In this document: positions 1 to 8,886 of the stretch, piece after piece
How positions within the stretch are numbered: the first letter of the stretch is position 1
Layout of the letters: the number at the start of each line of letters is the position of its first letter
Assembly: GCA_042217555.1 (NCBI GenBank)
Contig: JBDGSL010000006.1
Location: forward strand, 1-20,054
DNA length: 20,054 nt
Reading direction: 5' to 3'
Source: Candidatus Nanohalobium sp.
GTDB lineage: Archaea > Nanohalarchaeota > Nanosalinia > Nanosalinales > Nanosalinaceae
Translations under genes and position numbers: made by a program
Notes under the pieces: model-generated
What the model saw: only the letters and a program-made list of their open reading frames with translations
Databases searched by the model: none
What the model was told of the DNA's origin: nothing

Positions 1-41
1 AACACAAGCCTTCGGATGAAGGGCTTCGAACGCTTAGTGGT

Positions 42-54
42 AAGCCCCGAGAGG
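42..54 (+). repeat. attL core AAGCCCCGAGAGG
   Basis: Exact match to 18922-18934 and adjacent to the integrase. Followed by arm TTGAAGTATCTATATTCTAGCCC (57-79). Confidence 0.85.
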
Positions 55-83
55 TTTTGAAGTATCTATATTCTAGCCCGTGA

Positions 84-122
84 CACACCTGACCCTGGGT
101 TTAAAGGCAGGGTTCGGCTGTG
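84..122 (+). promoter_or_regulatory. Putative integrase promoter with TATA box TTTAAA (100-105) inside an inverted repeat
   Basis: GACCCTG (91-97) pairs with CAGGGTT (108-114) and CACA (84-87) with TGTG (119-122). The TATA-like box is about 32 nt upstream of ATG 137. Confidence 0.45.
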
Positions 123-136
123 AATAGGTAAGAACA

Positions 137-1366
137 ATGGGCAACGACAAAACACCAGAAGACGTTGACGAAAGGTTACAAGAACTCAAAAATCAAGAAT
201 ATATCTCGGATCACAACAAGGACATGATGGAGGTCTTCCTTCACAAGCTCCGAGCTGAGGACAACACCTCAAGCGGAAGGAACTACAAGTACATGTACAC
301 ATTCGATGGGATATTCAAAAAATTTGTAGATTTCCCAATCGATAAACCTACCTATGAGAGATTAGAGGTAGCTGTAAGCAAGATCAACCACAGCGAATTG
401 AGTGAATGGACAATAAAGGATTACAAAGGAGCTATAAGGAAGTTCTTGAAGCTCAAGTACCCTCACAAGCAGGAAAGACCAAAGGAAGTACAAAAGATTC
501 TCGATTCACAACTTCTTCGACACAAGAACAGCAAAATAGAGAACGACAAAGAGAAAGTTCCTTTAACTCCTGAAGAGGTGCTTGACATGGTGGATGAGGC
601 ACAAAATCCTAGAGACCGTTTGATCCCTCTATTCATGTTTGAAACCGGAGCAAGGATCACTGAACTGTTGAATATCAAATTAGGTGATGTCGAACTATCT
701 CAACAGTACGCACAGGTAACGGTACCAACCCTCAAGAACAACAAAGAACCGAGAACACTCACCTTGACCAAAAGCATAGGTCTCTTACAGGACTGGATGG
801 AGAAACACCCACGCAAAGGCCAACCGGATGCACCTCTACTTGTGAACCTACAGGACAAGAAATGGAGCAACCGAGTTAACAAGGAGGACGATCTCAACTA
901 CAAAGGAAAACAAATGACCAGCACAAACACGATGAGCATCCTTCGTAAATTGGCCGAAAGAGCCGACATAGACAAGTACATCAGCAACCACGTGATGAGA
1001 CATTCATCAGCAACCTACTGGGGAAAGAAATTAGGCCTTGAAACCATGATGTACTGGTTCGGCTGGTCATCACCTGAGACCGCCAAAACATACCTCCACC
1101 ACGATGAGGAACAAACCAAAAAGAGCATGTTGAATCTGGCTGGTATTGATCAGGAAGAGAACAAAGACCCTACCGAAAACAAGGTATGTCCACGGTGTGA
1201 GGAAAAGCAGCCACCGACAGCACAGTATTGCTCCCAGTGCTCTATGTCACTAGATCAAGAAGCAGCACAAAGGGTGAAGAAACTGGAAGAAGCCGGTGAA
1301 GACATAGCAAGAGCCAAAATAAATGGACTGACCGATGAGGAGATGAAGGAACTTCTAAGAGATTAA
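137..1366 (+). CDS. Tyrosine recombinase/integrase with C-terminal zinc ribbon
   Basis: Catalytic set ETGARITE (R), PTLKN (K), NHVMRHS (HxxR), FGW (W), AKTYLH (Y). C-terminal CPRC...CSQC zinc ribbon, as in many archaeal integrases. Confidence 0.95.
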   Translation: MGNDKTPEDVDERLQELKNQEYISDHNKDMMEVFLHKLRAEDNTSSGRNYKYMYTFDGIFKKFVDFPIDKPTYERLEVAVSKINHSELSEWTIKDYKGAIRKFLKLKYPHKQERPKEVQKILDSQLLRHKNSKIENDKEKVPLTPEEVLDMVDEAQNPRDRLIPLFMFETGARITELLNIKLGDVELSQQYAQVTVPTLKNNKEPRTLTLTKSIGLLQDWMEKHPRKGQPDAPLLVNLQDKKWSNRVNKEDDLNYKGKQMTSTNTMSILRKLAERADIDKYISNHVMRHSSATYWGKKLGLETMMYWFGWSSPETAKTYLHHDEEQTKKSMLNLAGIDQEENKDPTENKVCPRCEEKQPPTAQYCSQCSMSLDQEAAQRVKKLEEAGEDIARAKINGLTDEEMKELLRD

Positions 1367-1477
1367 GACTGTCAGAATTTGAAGGCTCATTTCTTGAAAA
1401 TTAGTTTTTAGAAAAGTCATCTGATGATGGAGAAGAGTGTTAAAAATGAAAACTCTTCAATACCTAAATGTGATTTT

Positions 1478-4400
1478 ATGGGGAAGGACAAAATAAAGAC
1501 TAAATTTGAAGAAGTAGAAACTTTTTCCAACCTAGTTGAATTCATCGCAAATGATCTTGAGTACAGCAATTTGATGGATCCCAAGGATAATATACAAGAA
1601 CAGGATTTCTGGGACGGGAAAGGAAGAGAAGTCCACCTCAAAAACGAAGATAGAACAATTGTCCGCATAATTCGAGTAGAAGAAAACGAAGTAGATCTCA
1701 GAGATATTAAAGACAGAATAAAGAGAAAAGGCCGTAGAAACCAAGAACTATTCACAGTATTTACATATGTAGACGAGGACGGAAACCTAGCAGGCAAAAC
1801 AAGATTCTTCTGGCTGAACAGAAGGCTTTCAGAAGAAGATGTAGACGTAGAATACGATCTAAGGTACTTTGAAGCAAATCCAGAAAAATTGGAGCCTGTT
1901 TATATAGACTATTTAGATAATCTCAGAGTAGGAAGTAAGAGTATAGAAACTCTTGAAGATGATGAATCCGACAAAGGCCTTAGAGAGATCTTCTCTATTG
2001 AAACAATTACTAAGAGATTCTACAGCGAGTTCCACGATGTAATAGAGGAAGTAGAGGACCATATTGAAGGCCTTGATAATGATGTAGATGAACACCACTA
2101 TGCACAGGTCTTGATCAACAGAATCCTCTTCATCATGTTTATAGAAGAGAAAGAATGGCTCAGCAAAGAACCAGACGACTACTCCGGCGACAAAAAATAT
2201 CTGGAGGAGAAATACGAGGAGCTGCGGGATAGCGATGAAGTTGATGATATCTGGAACGACTTCTTCAGAAACCTGTTTTTCGATGGACTCAGCCACAAAG
2301 GAGAAAGCCCAGATATTGTAGGAACAGTACCTTATCTGAACGGAGGGCTGTTCGAGGAAAAAGAATACGAACAAGATGTTTATGTAGAGAAAGAGTTCTT
2401 TGAGGCTTTGCTTAACCCTGAAACAGATGCACAGGGCAACAGGAAAGGCTTCCTGCTACAGTACAAACTCAAGCTGAGTGAGAGCAATCCTTCAGAACAG
2501 GAACTTGTCGTTGACCCAGAGTTCATCGGCCGCGTATTTGAGATGTCTATGCAGCAAGATCCAGAAGAGCGTGGAGAGAAAGGCGCATTCTATACTCCAA
2601 AAGATATTACGCAGTACATGTCCAAGAACTCAATTAAACAGCTACTTCTGAACGAGCTGCCGGAGAAAGAAGAAGAACTTTCACAGCTGGTGCTGCATCA
2701 TAAAATTGAGGACAACTTTACAGAGGGAGAACTCCAGAAGATCCACGACGAACTGAAGGAAATTAATGTACTGGATCCGGCGGTAGGTTCTGGAGCATTC
2801 ATAATCGCAGTCATGGAGGAACTGGTCGGAATCTTCGAAGCAATCAACCCGGAAATAGGAGAGGAAGAAGACACATACGACCTCAAAGAACACATGATCG
2901 CCAACAACCTCTACGGAGTAGACATCGACCAAGCAGGAATCGAACTCTGCAAATTCCGCACCTGGCTCCACCTCATGCAAGACCTCGACATCAACCTCAA
3001 AACACTCAAACAACAAAACGACAAATACGCACTACCCAACCTCGACTTCAAATTCTTCGTAGGAAACAGCCTCTCAGGAGACTACAAACCAATAGGAGCA
3101 ATCGACAAAATCAAGGAATCTGGAGTACAGAGACAACTTGAACTCACTGGAGATTCGTACGATTCAGAATCATTCGATACAGACTTCCTGAACAAAATAG
3201 AAGCAAAGCGAGATGAGTACACCCGCACGCATGATCAGGATAAGAAAGAGGAACTTGAGCAGGAAATTAATCAGCTGACCGAAAAAATAGAGAACTCAAT
3301 CAACTGGGCAGACACCGACTACTACATGGAAGAAGTAGTAGAGAGCTCAGGAGACGACTTCAAATGGAGCGTCCACATGCCTGAAGTAATGGCAGAAGGC
3401 GGCTTCGATATTGTAATAGCTAATCCTCCATATCAAGGAGGTAAGAATTCAACACATGATTACATCAGCGCTTTAAGCGACTTTTTAAGCGCTAAAAGAG
3501 AGGAATACAATAAAATACCCGGAATGACGAAAGATCTTTATCAAAAATTTGTTTATAGAGGTTTTGAATTGTTAAGTCAAGAAGGAGTCATAAATTATAT
3601 TACGAGTAATACTTTCCTGACTATTGGTTCGAAGAAACCAACCAGGAATATTTTACTGTCAAATGGACTTAAGGAAATCACTCTTTCTAACGAAAATACC
3701 TTTGACGCAACGGTTAAACCTGCTATTTTCCTTGCTAGAAAAACAGAAGCTGAAAGTTCAGATCTAATCAGATTCAACGATGCAAGAGAAAAAGATATCA
3801 GCAACTACACACTTTTGGTGACAGAATCGTTCTCTGAAAATAGCTATTTCATAGAAAAAGGAAAATATGACGAGGCATTTCGAAAGGCATTCTTTCCTCC
3901 AACTGAAGAAAACTTGAGATTTTTTGAACGATTTAATTCTAAGCTTTCTTCCCTAGAGAACGACTGGGAAGATGCTATTAGAGATTCAGAAACTGTTGAA
4001 GAGAACTTAGATGAGATCAGAGAAAATCACTTCAATGATCTTGCCGAAGGAGATACAACTATTCTTGGACTAAATGCTGTAGGAGGTCAAGGAATAAATA
4101 CTGGAGATAATGAGGAATTTATCGCCTACATCGAAGGAACTGATGGCGCTCAAGAAGTAAAGGATAGAAATGAAAATTTTGAATATGAAAAGAAGAACGA
4201 AAAAACCTATAAATGGCTCAGCAGAGTTGTAAAAGAAGAATCAATACATAAACTCGAAGGAAAGAAAGTAACTGAAAAAGAAAAGGAAAACGGCTTTAAA
4301 ACTGAATCTGATTACTATTGGGTTCCGCTAGAAAAAGGATTCAAGGAATCCGATGTTTACTACAGACCTCAAAAGAATGTAATAAACTGGTCTGAGGAAG

Positions 4401-4834
4401 CTGTTGAGGAAATGAGAGAAGCTGGTACAATGAGAAATTTGAGATACCAGTTTGAAGAATGCCTCTTTATATCGTGCGGAGGCACAGGAGATGAATTTAG
4501 AGTTCGGATGATAAAAGATTCTGTAGCAACATCAGCAGGCGTGATTTTCAACCCGATCAACGACCAGATGTCTGTCAAATACTTACTAGGTCTTCTTAAT
4601 TCTGATGTGATAAGGCACCTGGTTACGAACTTCATAAATAACACAGTCAATGTTGCTATCACAGATATTAGATATGTGCCTATAGTAATTCCTGATGATA
4701 ATCAGGAGCAAGAGGTCATAGACATAGTTTCTGACATCATTGAGAAAAGAAAGGACGGAGAAGAAATTAAAGATCTAGAGAGGAACTTAAATTCAAAAGT
4801 TTCAGAAATCTATGGTGTTGAGTTGGATGAGTGA
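1478..4834 (+). CDS. Eco57I/Type IIG-like N6-adenine DNA methyltransferase (gamma class) with C-terminal target-recognition domain
   Basis: Motif X GAFYTP, motif I VLDPAVGSGAF, motif II YGVDID, motif IV GGFDIVIANPPY, and TaqI_C-like tail YLLGLLNS...IRYVPI. The ORF is open from 1424. ATG 1478 is preferred because a TATA-like GTTAAAAA lies about 30 nt upstream. Confidence 0.92.
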   Translation: MGKDKIKTKFEEVETFSNLVEFIANDLEYSNLMDPKDNIQEQDFWDGKGREVHLKNEDRTIVRIIRVEENEVDLRDIKDRIKRKGRRNQELFTVFTYVDEDGNLAGKTRFFWLNRRLSEEDVDVEYDLRYFEANPEKLEPVYIDYLDNLRVGSKSIETLEDDESDKGLREIFSIETITKRFYSEFHDVIEEVEDHIEGLDNDVDEHHYAQVLINRILFIMFIEEKEWLSKEPDDYSGDKKYLEEKYEELRDSDEVDDIWNDFFRNLFFDGLSHKGESPDIVGTVPYLNGGLFEEKEYEQDVYVEKEFFEALLNPETDAQGNRKGFLLQYKLKLSESNPSEQELVVDPEFIGRVFEMSMQQDPEERGEKGAFYTPKDITQYMSKNSIKQLLLNELPEKEEELSQLVLHHKIEDNFTEGELQKIHDELKEINVLDPAVGSGAFIIAVMEELVGIFEAINPEIGEEEDTYDLKEHMIANNLYGVDIDQAGIELCKFRTWLHLMQDLDINLKTLKQQNDKYALPNLDFKFFVGNSLSGDYKPIGAIDKIKESGVQRQLELTGDSYDSESFDTDFLNKIEAKRDEYTRTHDQDKKEELEQEINQLTEKIENSINWADTDYYMEEVVESSGDDFKWSVHMPEVMAEGGFDIVIANPPYQGGKNSTHDYISALSDFLSAKREEYNKIPGMTKDLYQKFVYRGFELLSQEGVINYITSNTFLTIGSKKPTRNILLSNGLKEITLSNENTFDATVKPAIFLARKTEAESSDLIRFNDAREKDISNYTLLVTESFSENSYFIEKGKYDEAFRKAFFPPTEENLRFFERFNSKLSSLENDWEDAIRDSETVEENLDEIRENHFNDLAEGDTTILGLNAVGGQGINTGDNEEFIAYIEGTDGAQEVKDRNENFEYEKKNEKTYKWLSRVVKEESIHKLEGKKVTEKEKENGFKTESDYYWVPLEKGFKESDVYYRPQKNVINWSEEAVEEMREAGTMRNLRYQFEECLFISCGGTGDEFRVRMIKDSVATSAGVIFNPINDQMSVKYLLGLLNSDVIRHLVTNFINNTVNVAITDIRYVPIVIPDDNQEQEVIDIVSDIIEKRKDGEEIKDLERNLNSKVSEIYGVELDE

Positions 4835-7800
4835 TGATGTTCAGTATCCTGGTGTGATGGATAATCGGGAGTGGAGTGTTAGTGACCGGGCTAATCAGTA
4901 TTGTGCGGGTGCTGAGACGGTTAAGGTGGCTGTTGGTTATTTTTATGTTGCTGGTTTTGAGTTGTTGAAGGAGAGTTTTGCTGATGTTGATGAGGTTAAG
5001 TTGTTGATTGGTCGGCAGACTGATGAGCAGACCAGGGATGAGTTGGTGAAGGGTTTTGCTGATGAGTTGGATGATGTTGAGCAGAATGAGGATACGAATC
5101 AGAGTGTTAGGCATCTTTATCAGTTGATTCAGGAGGATAAAGTCAAGGTTAAGATTTATACGGGGAGCAGGTTCCATCCTAAGCTTTACTACTTCGATAG
5201 AGGTGATATCAAGGATACGGCTATTGTAGGTTCTTCGAACTTCTCTCCGAGCGGTTTGAAAGGTAATGTAGAATTGAATGTGGAGAAAAACGAGCCCCTG
5301 CCTACCAATTTCTTGAATAACTGGTTTGAGGAGTTATGGGAAGAGGCGGATGAGTTCAAGAAAGATTTGCTTGAGGTAGTTGAAAGTTCCAAGTTTGAAG
5401 ATGAGGCGAAGAAACCTGTTGATCCGGGTGTTGAAGGTCTGATCAGTCCGAAACAAGCTACCGAGATGTATATCCGGAATCACTTCGAACGAGAAGTTGA
5501 GGACGGTACATTATTTGAGGATATTGAGGGAGAGTATGAGGATCAACTTGCCGAGTTCCAGAATGATGCAGTAAGAGCAGCAAGATATACCCTGGATCGC
5601 TACAACGGAGTTATTCTTTCTGACAGCGTTGGACTAGGCAAGACTTGGATCGGTTCTGCACTTGCTGAAGAATATTCGAATCCACAGTCCCAAGAGTTGA
5701 TTATCGCTCCTAAACGGCTTCACAGCATGTGGGAACAAACTCTAAATAAAGAGTTCAATGTGCAGGGAGAGCAGAGAATTATTTCCTTCCAGGAACTCTC
5801 TATGATGGATGCAGACGATATCGAGCGCTTCAGAGATTATGACCTGATTTTAATTGATGAGGCCCACAAGTTAAGAAATCAGGGCAGTAAGCGTTACAGC
5901 AATATTCAGAATATCGGGCGTAAAGACAAGAAATACATTTTACTAACTGCTACTCCTGTTCAAAACTCCGCTACAGATCTAAACAATATTATTAAGATTT
6001 TTGCGGACGATGATGACTTCGACATCAATCTGTACAATGATGAAGAGGTTTCTGATATTTTCAAGGCCTATCAGAAAGAAAGTCTGAAGGATGATCCTGA
6101 TGAAGCTAAGATGGAGAGATTAAAGGAGGATATTGAGAGAATAATGCGTGAAGTAGTTATTTCCAGAACTAGAGACTATATTATGGATAATTATGATAAT
6201 GTCATGATTGGAGATCGGGAAATTAAGACTCCTGATAGGAAGCCCAAGCTTATACCTCCTGAAAGCGATGATATGAAGGTCCTTTACAGTGAGATCATCG
6301 ATATTGTGGCCGGAAGAGATGATCAGGATGATGAAGGCCTTAATCTACCTTATGTGGGAGTTCAGCGTTATGGAGATGCAGAAACAGATGAGTTTGAGAT
6401 CCAGTACCGGAATGCTGGCGCCTTGATTACTATTTTACTCTTTAAGAGATTAGAGAGCAGTCTTGCTGCATTCCAACAATCAATCCATAGATTAAAAGAG
6501 CGTGAAAAAGCTATAAAGGAAATTGCTAGCGGAGATGTTAATTCTCCTCAAAAGCGGCAAGAAGTGATGGACTACTTTGAAGAGAGAGATGATGAAGGAG
6601 AGCTGGAAGATGTAGATATTGACGAAGTTATAGATGCTGTTGAAAATTTAGACAGAGATGAGAGAAAAGAAATCACTACCGATGTTGACGAAGATCTTAT
6701 AGATCTAAAAGAACTAGAAGACAAGGCTGAAGAATTTATTCATGAAGACGGTACTGATGCTAAAGTTGAGCAGCTAAAAGATCTACTGAACGACGAATTG
6801 GATGATGAGAAAGTTCTGATTTTTACCCAATATGTACCTACGGCAGAATATATCTTCGAAAAATTAACCGGAAATACTGGCTCTTCACAGATTGGTCAGT
6901 TTGAAGATAAGAAAATAGGCTATGTTCACGGAGACTCATTCAAGCGAGAAGTAGTTACCCAATTTGCCCCAAACTCACAAGGAGCTCAGACAGGTCTATC
7001 CGATGAAGATGTAGATGTATTAATCACAACAGATGTTCTTTCTGTTGGCCAGAATTTGCAAGATGCAAGGGTTGTTGTAAACTATGATTTGCATTGGAAC
7101 CCTATGAAGATGGAACAAAGGATAGGTAGAATAGATAGAATCACTACTGAGCACGATGAGCTGCTTATTTACAACTTTATACCTACACAGGAGCTTGATG
7201 ATACATTAGGGCTTTTAGAAAGGATAAGAAGAAAAATTGAAGATATTTCAAACACATTTGGAAAAGAAGCACCTATTCTAGAAGATGCTGAAGATCGTGT
7301 TGAGAAAAACCTGATTATATACGACAAGGTTCAAGAAGATGGATCTGAATTCTCAGAGGAAGACTTTGAGAAAGCAAAGTCCAAGTACGACCAGTTTAGG
7401 TCACAGGTTAAGGAGTTCTGTGAAGAAAACAATATAGATCTTGGTGATTTAAAAAGAATTTCTGCATTAGAAGATGAATCACGGGTTGCATCAAACTTTG
7501 ATGCCGATGAGGAGGCATACATGGTTATGGCTCACTTAGAGTTCACTAATGGTACAGAAGATGTGAGATCAATAATAACTAGGAACGAGTTCGGCATGGA
7601 GACTTACGACATAGATGGGCAGAGAGCAATAACTAACCTCCCAATAGATGAAGATGATGAGGCAGAAATTTTTGATATAATTAAATCGAATCGACCAGAT
7701 AAGAACCCGGATATAGAAGAAGCCAGAGAAATCGAAGACATCCTTACAAGCCCAACTAAATGGAATAAACAAGTATTAGACATCGAAAATAGTGTGCCAG

Positions 7801-8078
7801 ATGATTTAAATGATCTATATAACTATTGCAGTGAAATAAAAGATGATTCAAGCTATTCTAAGGAAATAAGAGAGAAAGCACAGGACATAGTAGATAATTT
7901 AGATAACTATAAGCTCACAGATTATTATATCAAGGAGTTAAGAAATATCTACAGATATAGAAGAAATTACGAAGACAATTCTCTAATTGAGCATGTTTGG
8001 GAGAAGATGCAAAACTTCGAAATGATATCCCCTAGAAAAGTGAAAAATGTCGACATTAAACTGATTGAGAAGGTATAA
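4827..8078 (+). CDS. PLD (HKD) nuclease fused to SNF2-family SF2 helicase
   Basis: FHPKLYYFD...VGSSNFS (HxKx4D...GSxN), DSVGLGKT, IDEAHKLRN, LTATPVQN, TDVLSVGQNLQ, EQRIGRIDR. ATG 4827 overlaps the methyltransferase stop (ATGAGTGA). The ORF is open from 4812. Confidence 0.93.
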   Translation: MSDDVQYPGVMDNREWSVSDRANQYCAGAETVKVAVGYFYVAGFELLKESFADVDEVKLLIGRQTDEQTRDELVKGFADELDDVEQNEDTNQSVRHLYQLIQEDKVKVKIYTGSRFHPKLYYFDRGDIKDTAIVGSSNFSPSGLKGNVELNVEKNEPLPTNFLNNWFEELWEEADEFKKDLLEVVESSKFEDEAKKPVDPGVEGLISPKQATEMYIRNHFEREVEDGTLFEDIEGEYEDQLAEFQNDAVRAARYTLDRYNGVILSDSVGLGKTWIGSALAEEYSNPQSQELIIAPKRLHSMWEQTLNKEFNVQGEQRIISFQELSMMDADDIERFRDYDLILIDEAHKLRNQGSKRYSNIQNIGRKDKKYILLTATPVQNSATDLNNIIKIFADDDDFDINLYNDEEVSDIFKAYQKESLKDDPDEAKMERLKEDIERIMREVVISRTRDYIMDNYDNVMIGDREIKTPDRKPKLIPPESDDMKVLYSEIIDIVAGRDDQDDEGLNLPYVGVQRYGDAETDEFEIQYRNAGALITILLFKRLESSLAAFQQSIHRLKEREKAIKEIASGDVNSPQKRQEVMDYFEERDDEGELEDVDIDEVIDAVENLDRDERKEITTDVDEDLIDLKELEDKAEEFIHEDGTDAKVEQLKDLLNDELDDEKVLIFTQYVPTAEYIFEKLTGNTGSSQIGQFEDKKIGYVHGDSFKREVVTQFAPNSQGAQTGLSDEDVDVLITTDVLSVGQNLQDARVVVNYDLHWNPMKMEQRIGRIDRITTEHDELLIYNFIPTQELDDTLGLLERIRRKIEDISNTFGKEAPILEDAEDRVEKNLIIYDKVQEDGSEFSEEDFEKAKSKYDQFRSQVKEFCEENNIDLGDLKRISALEDESRVASNFDADEEAYMVMAHLEFTNGTEDVRSIITRNEFGMETYDIDGQRAITNLPIDEDDEAEIFDIIKSNRPDKNPDIEEAREIEDILTSPTKWNKQVLDIENSVPDDLNDLYNYCSEIKDDSSYSKEIREKAQDIVDNLDNYKLTDYYIKELRNIYRYRRNYEDNSLIEHVWEKMQNFEMISPRKVKNVDIKLIEKV

Positions 8079-8234
8079 AATTTCTTTTACAACTTTTGAT
8101 TATCTATATCCTGATTCAACTTCTAACTGGTATTTCTCCTATTTTCCGCTTTGGTACTTGTCTACTTACTTCTTGTTCTCTTGCTCCTTGTCAACAAGCA
8201 CCCCTATGTGTAATTGTTGTTAAGTTGCTTGTTT

Positions 8235-8855
8235 CTATGTAACTTCTATCAGTAAGTATTTGAATTCGGCTTCTTTCCTGTCTGGTTGGTTTTGGTAATT
8301 GTAGCTTTCCCAGCTAAGGTTGTATGTTCCATTAAGGCTTATTGGTTCTGGATCTTTTGACCCTTTCCACTTTAAAGTGCCTTCTAACTCTTTACCCTCA
8401 TGTAAGCGGAAATCTTCGTCCTGAGGGTGCTCTTTTCTTGCACGATCGCCGTTCCAACAAAGGCCATTGTTCGTAAGAAAAACTACATAACCTTTCTCAC
8501 CATGATCCTCGACATATTTCTCTACTCTATGGATGTCCTCAACTACGGCTCTTCTATTTTTATTCTCTGCTTGCTGATTCTTCAAATTGTAGCTTTCTCC
8601 ATCTATCTTTGTTTCTAACCCTTTAGTCTTGTATTTAAGCTCTATAGGTATTTTAGAATCATTAGATATTACTAGTATATCTAAATAGCTTCTTTTTCCT
8701 TTTTCATCTTGAAGAAACTCTCTTTCCAACCTAATGTCGCTGTTTTCCAGCTCTGATTCAAGGTACATTGCTAAAGAGTGTTGTAGATCTGCTTCTGAAT
8801 GAAAAATTCTGCTGTTTTCCTGTAGGAACTCTTCCAACTTATCTTTCATATCCAT
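8235..8855 (-). CDS. PD-(D/E)XK superfamily nuclease
   Basis: FHSEADLQ helix, IRLER, YLDILV and PIELKYK (D...ExK), later DIHRVE. Confidence 0.8.
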   Translation of the reverse strand: MDMKDKLEEFLQENSRIFHSEADLQHSLAMYLESELENSDIRLEREFLQDEKGKRSYLDILVISNDSKIPIELKYKTKGLETKIDGESYNLKNQQAENKNRRAVVEDIHRVEKYVEDHGEKGYVVFLTNNGLCWNGDRARKEHPQDEDFRLHEGKELEGTLKWKGSKDPEPISLNGTYNLSWESYNYQNQPDRKEAEFKYLLIEVT

Positions 8856-8886
8856 ATTTTCGATTCCTCTGGCCTAAAGTCTTTTG

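Noticed and set aside
1..54. Pistol, hammerhead or twister ribozyme, RNase P, SRP or 5S RNA at attB
   Set aside because: Only short motif resemblances (CTAAGCGTT, GGAAAGTC, GGATGGAAC) are present, without the required surrounding helices or pseudoknots.
2681..3016. Minus-strand ORFs of 111 aa and 69 aa inside the methyltransferase
   Set aside because: Antisense shadows favoured by the A/C codon skew, with no motifs.
2825..5138. Invertible TRD segment (shufflon) flanked by inverted repeats
   Set aside because: The A/C and G/T patches are complementary only in composition. I found no alignable inverted repeat and no silent second TRD.
4767..5177. 136-aa minus-strand ORF
   Set aside because: Shadow ORF created by the G/T third-position skew of the helicase 5' end. 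It has low-complexity I/L/N/Q composition and overlaps a conserved PLD domain.
1478..8078. Calling the MTase-helicase pair BREX or DISARM
   Set aside because: No PglZ, BrxC, DrmA or DrmB (DUF1998) genes are recognisable in the complete element.
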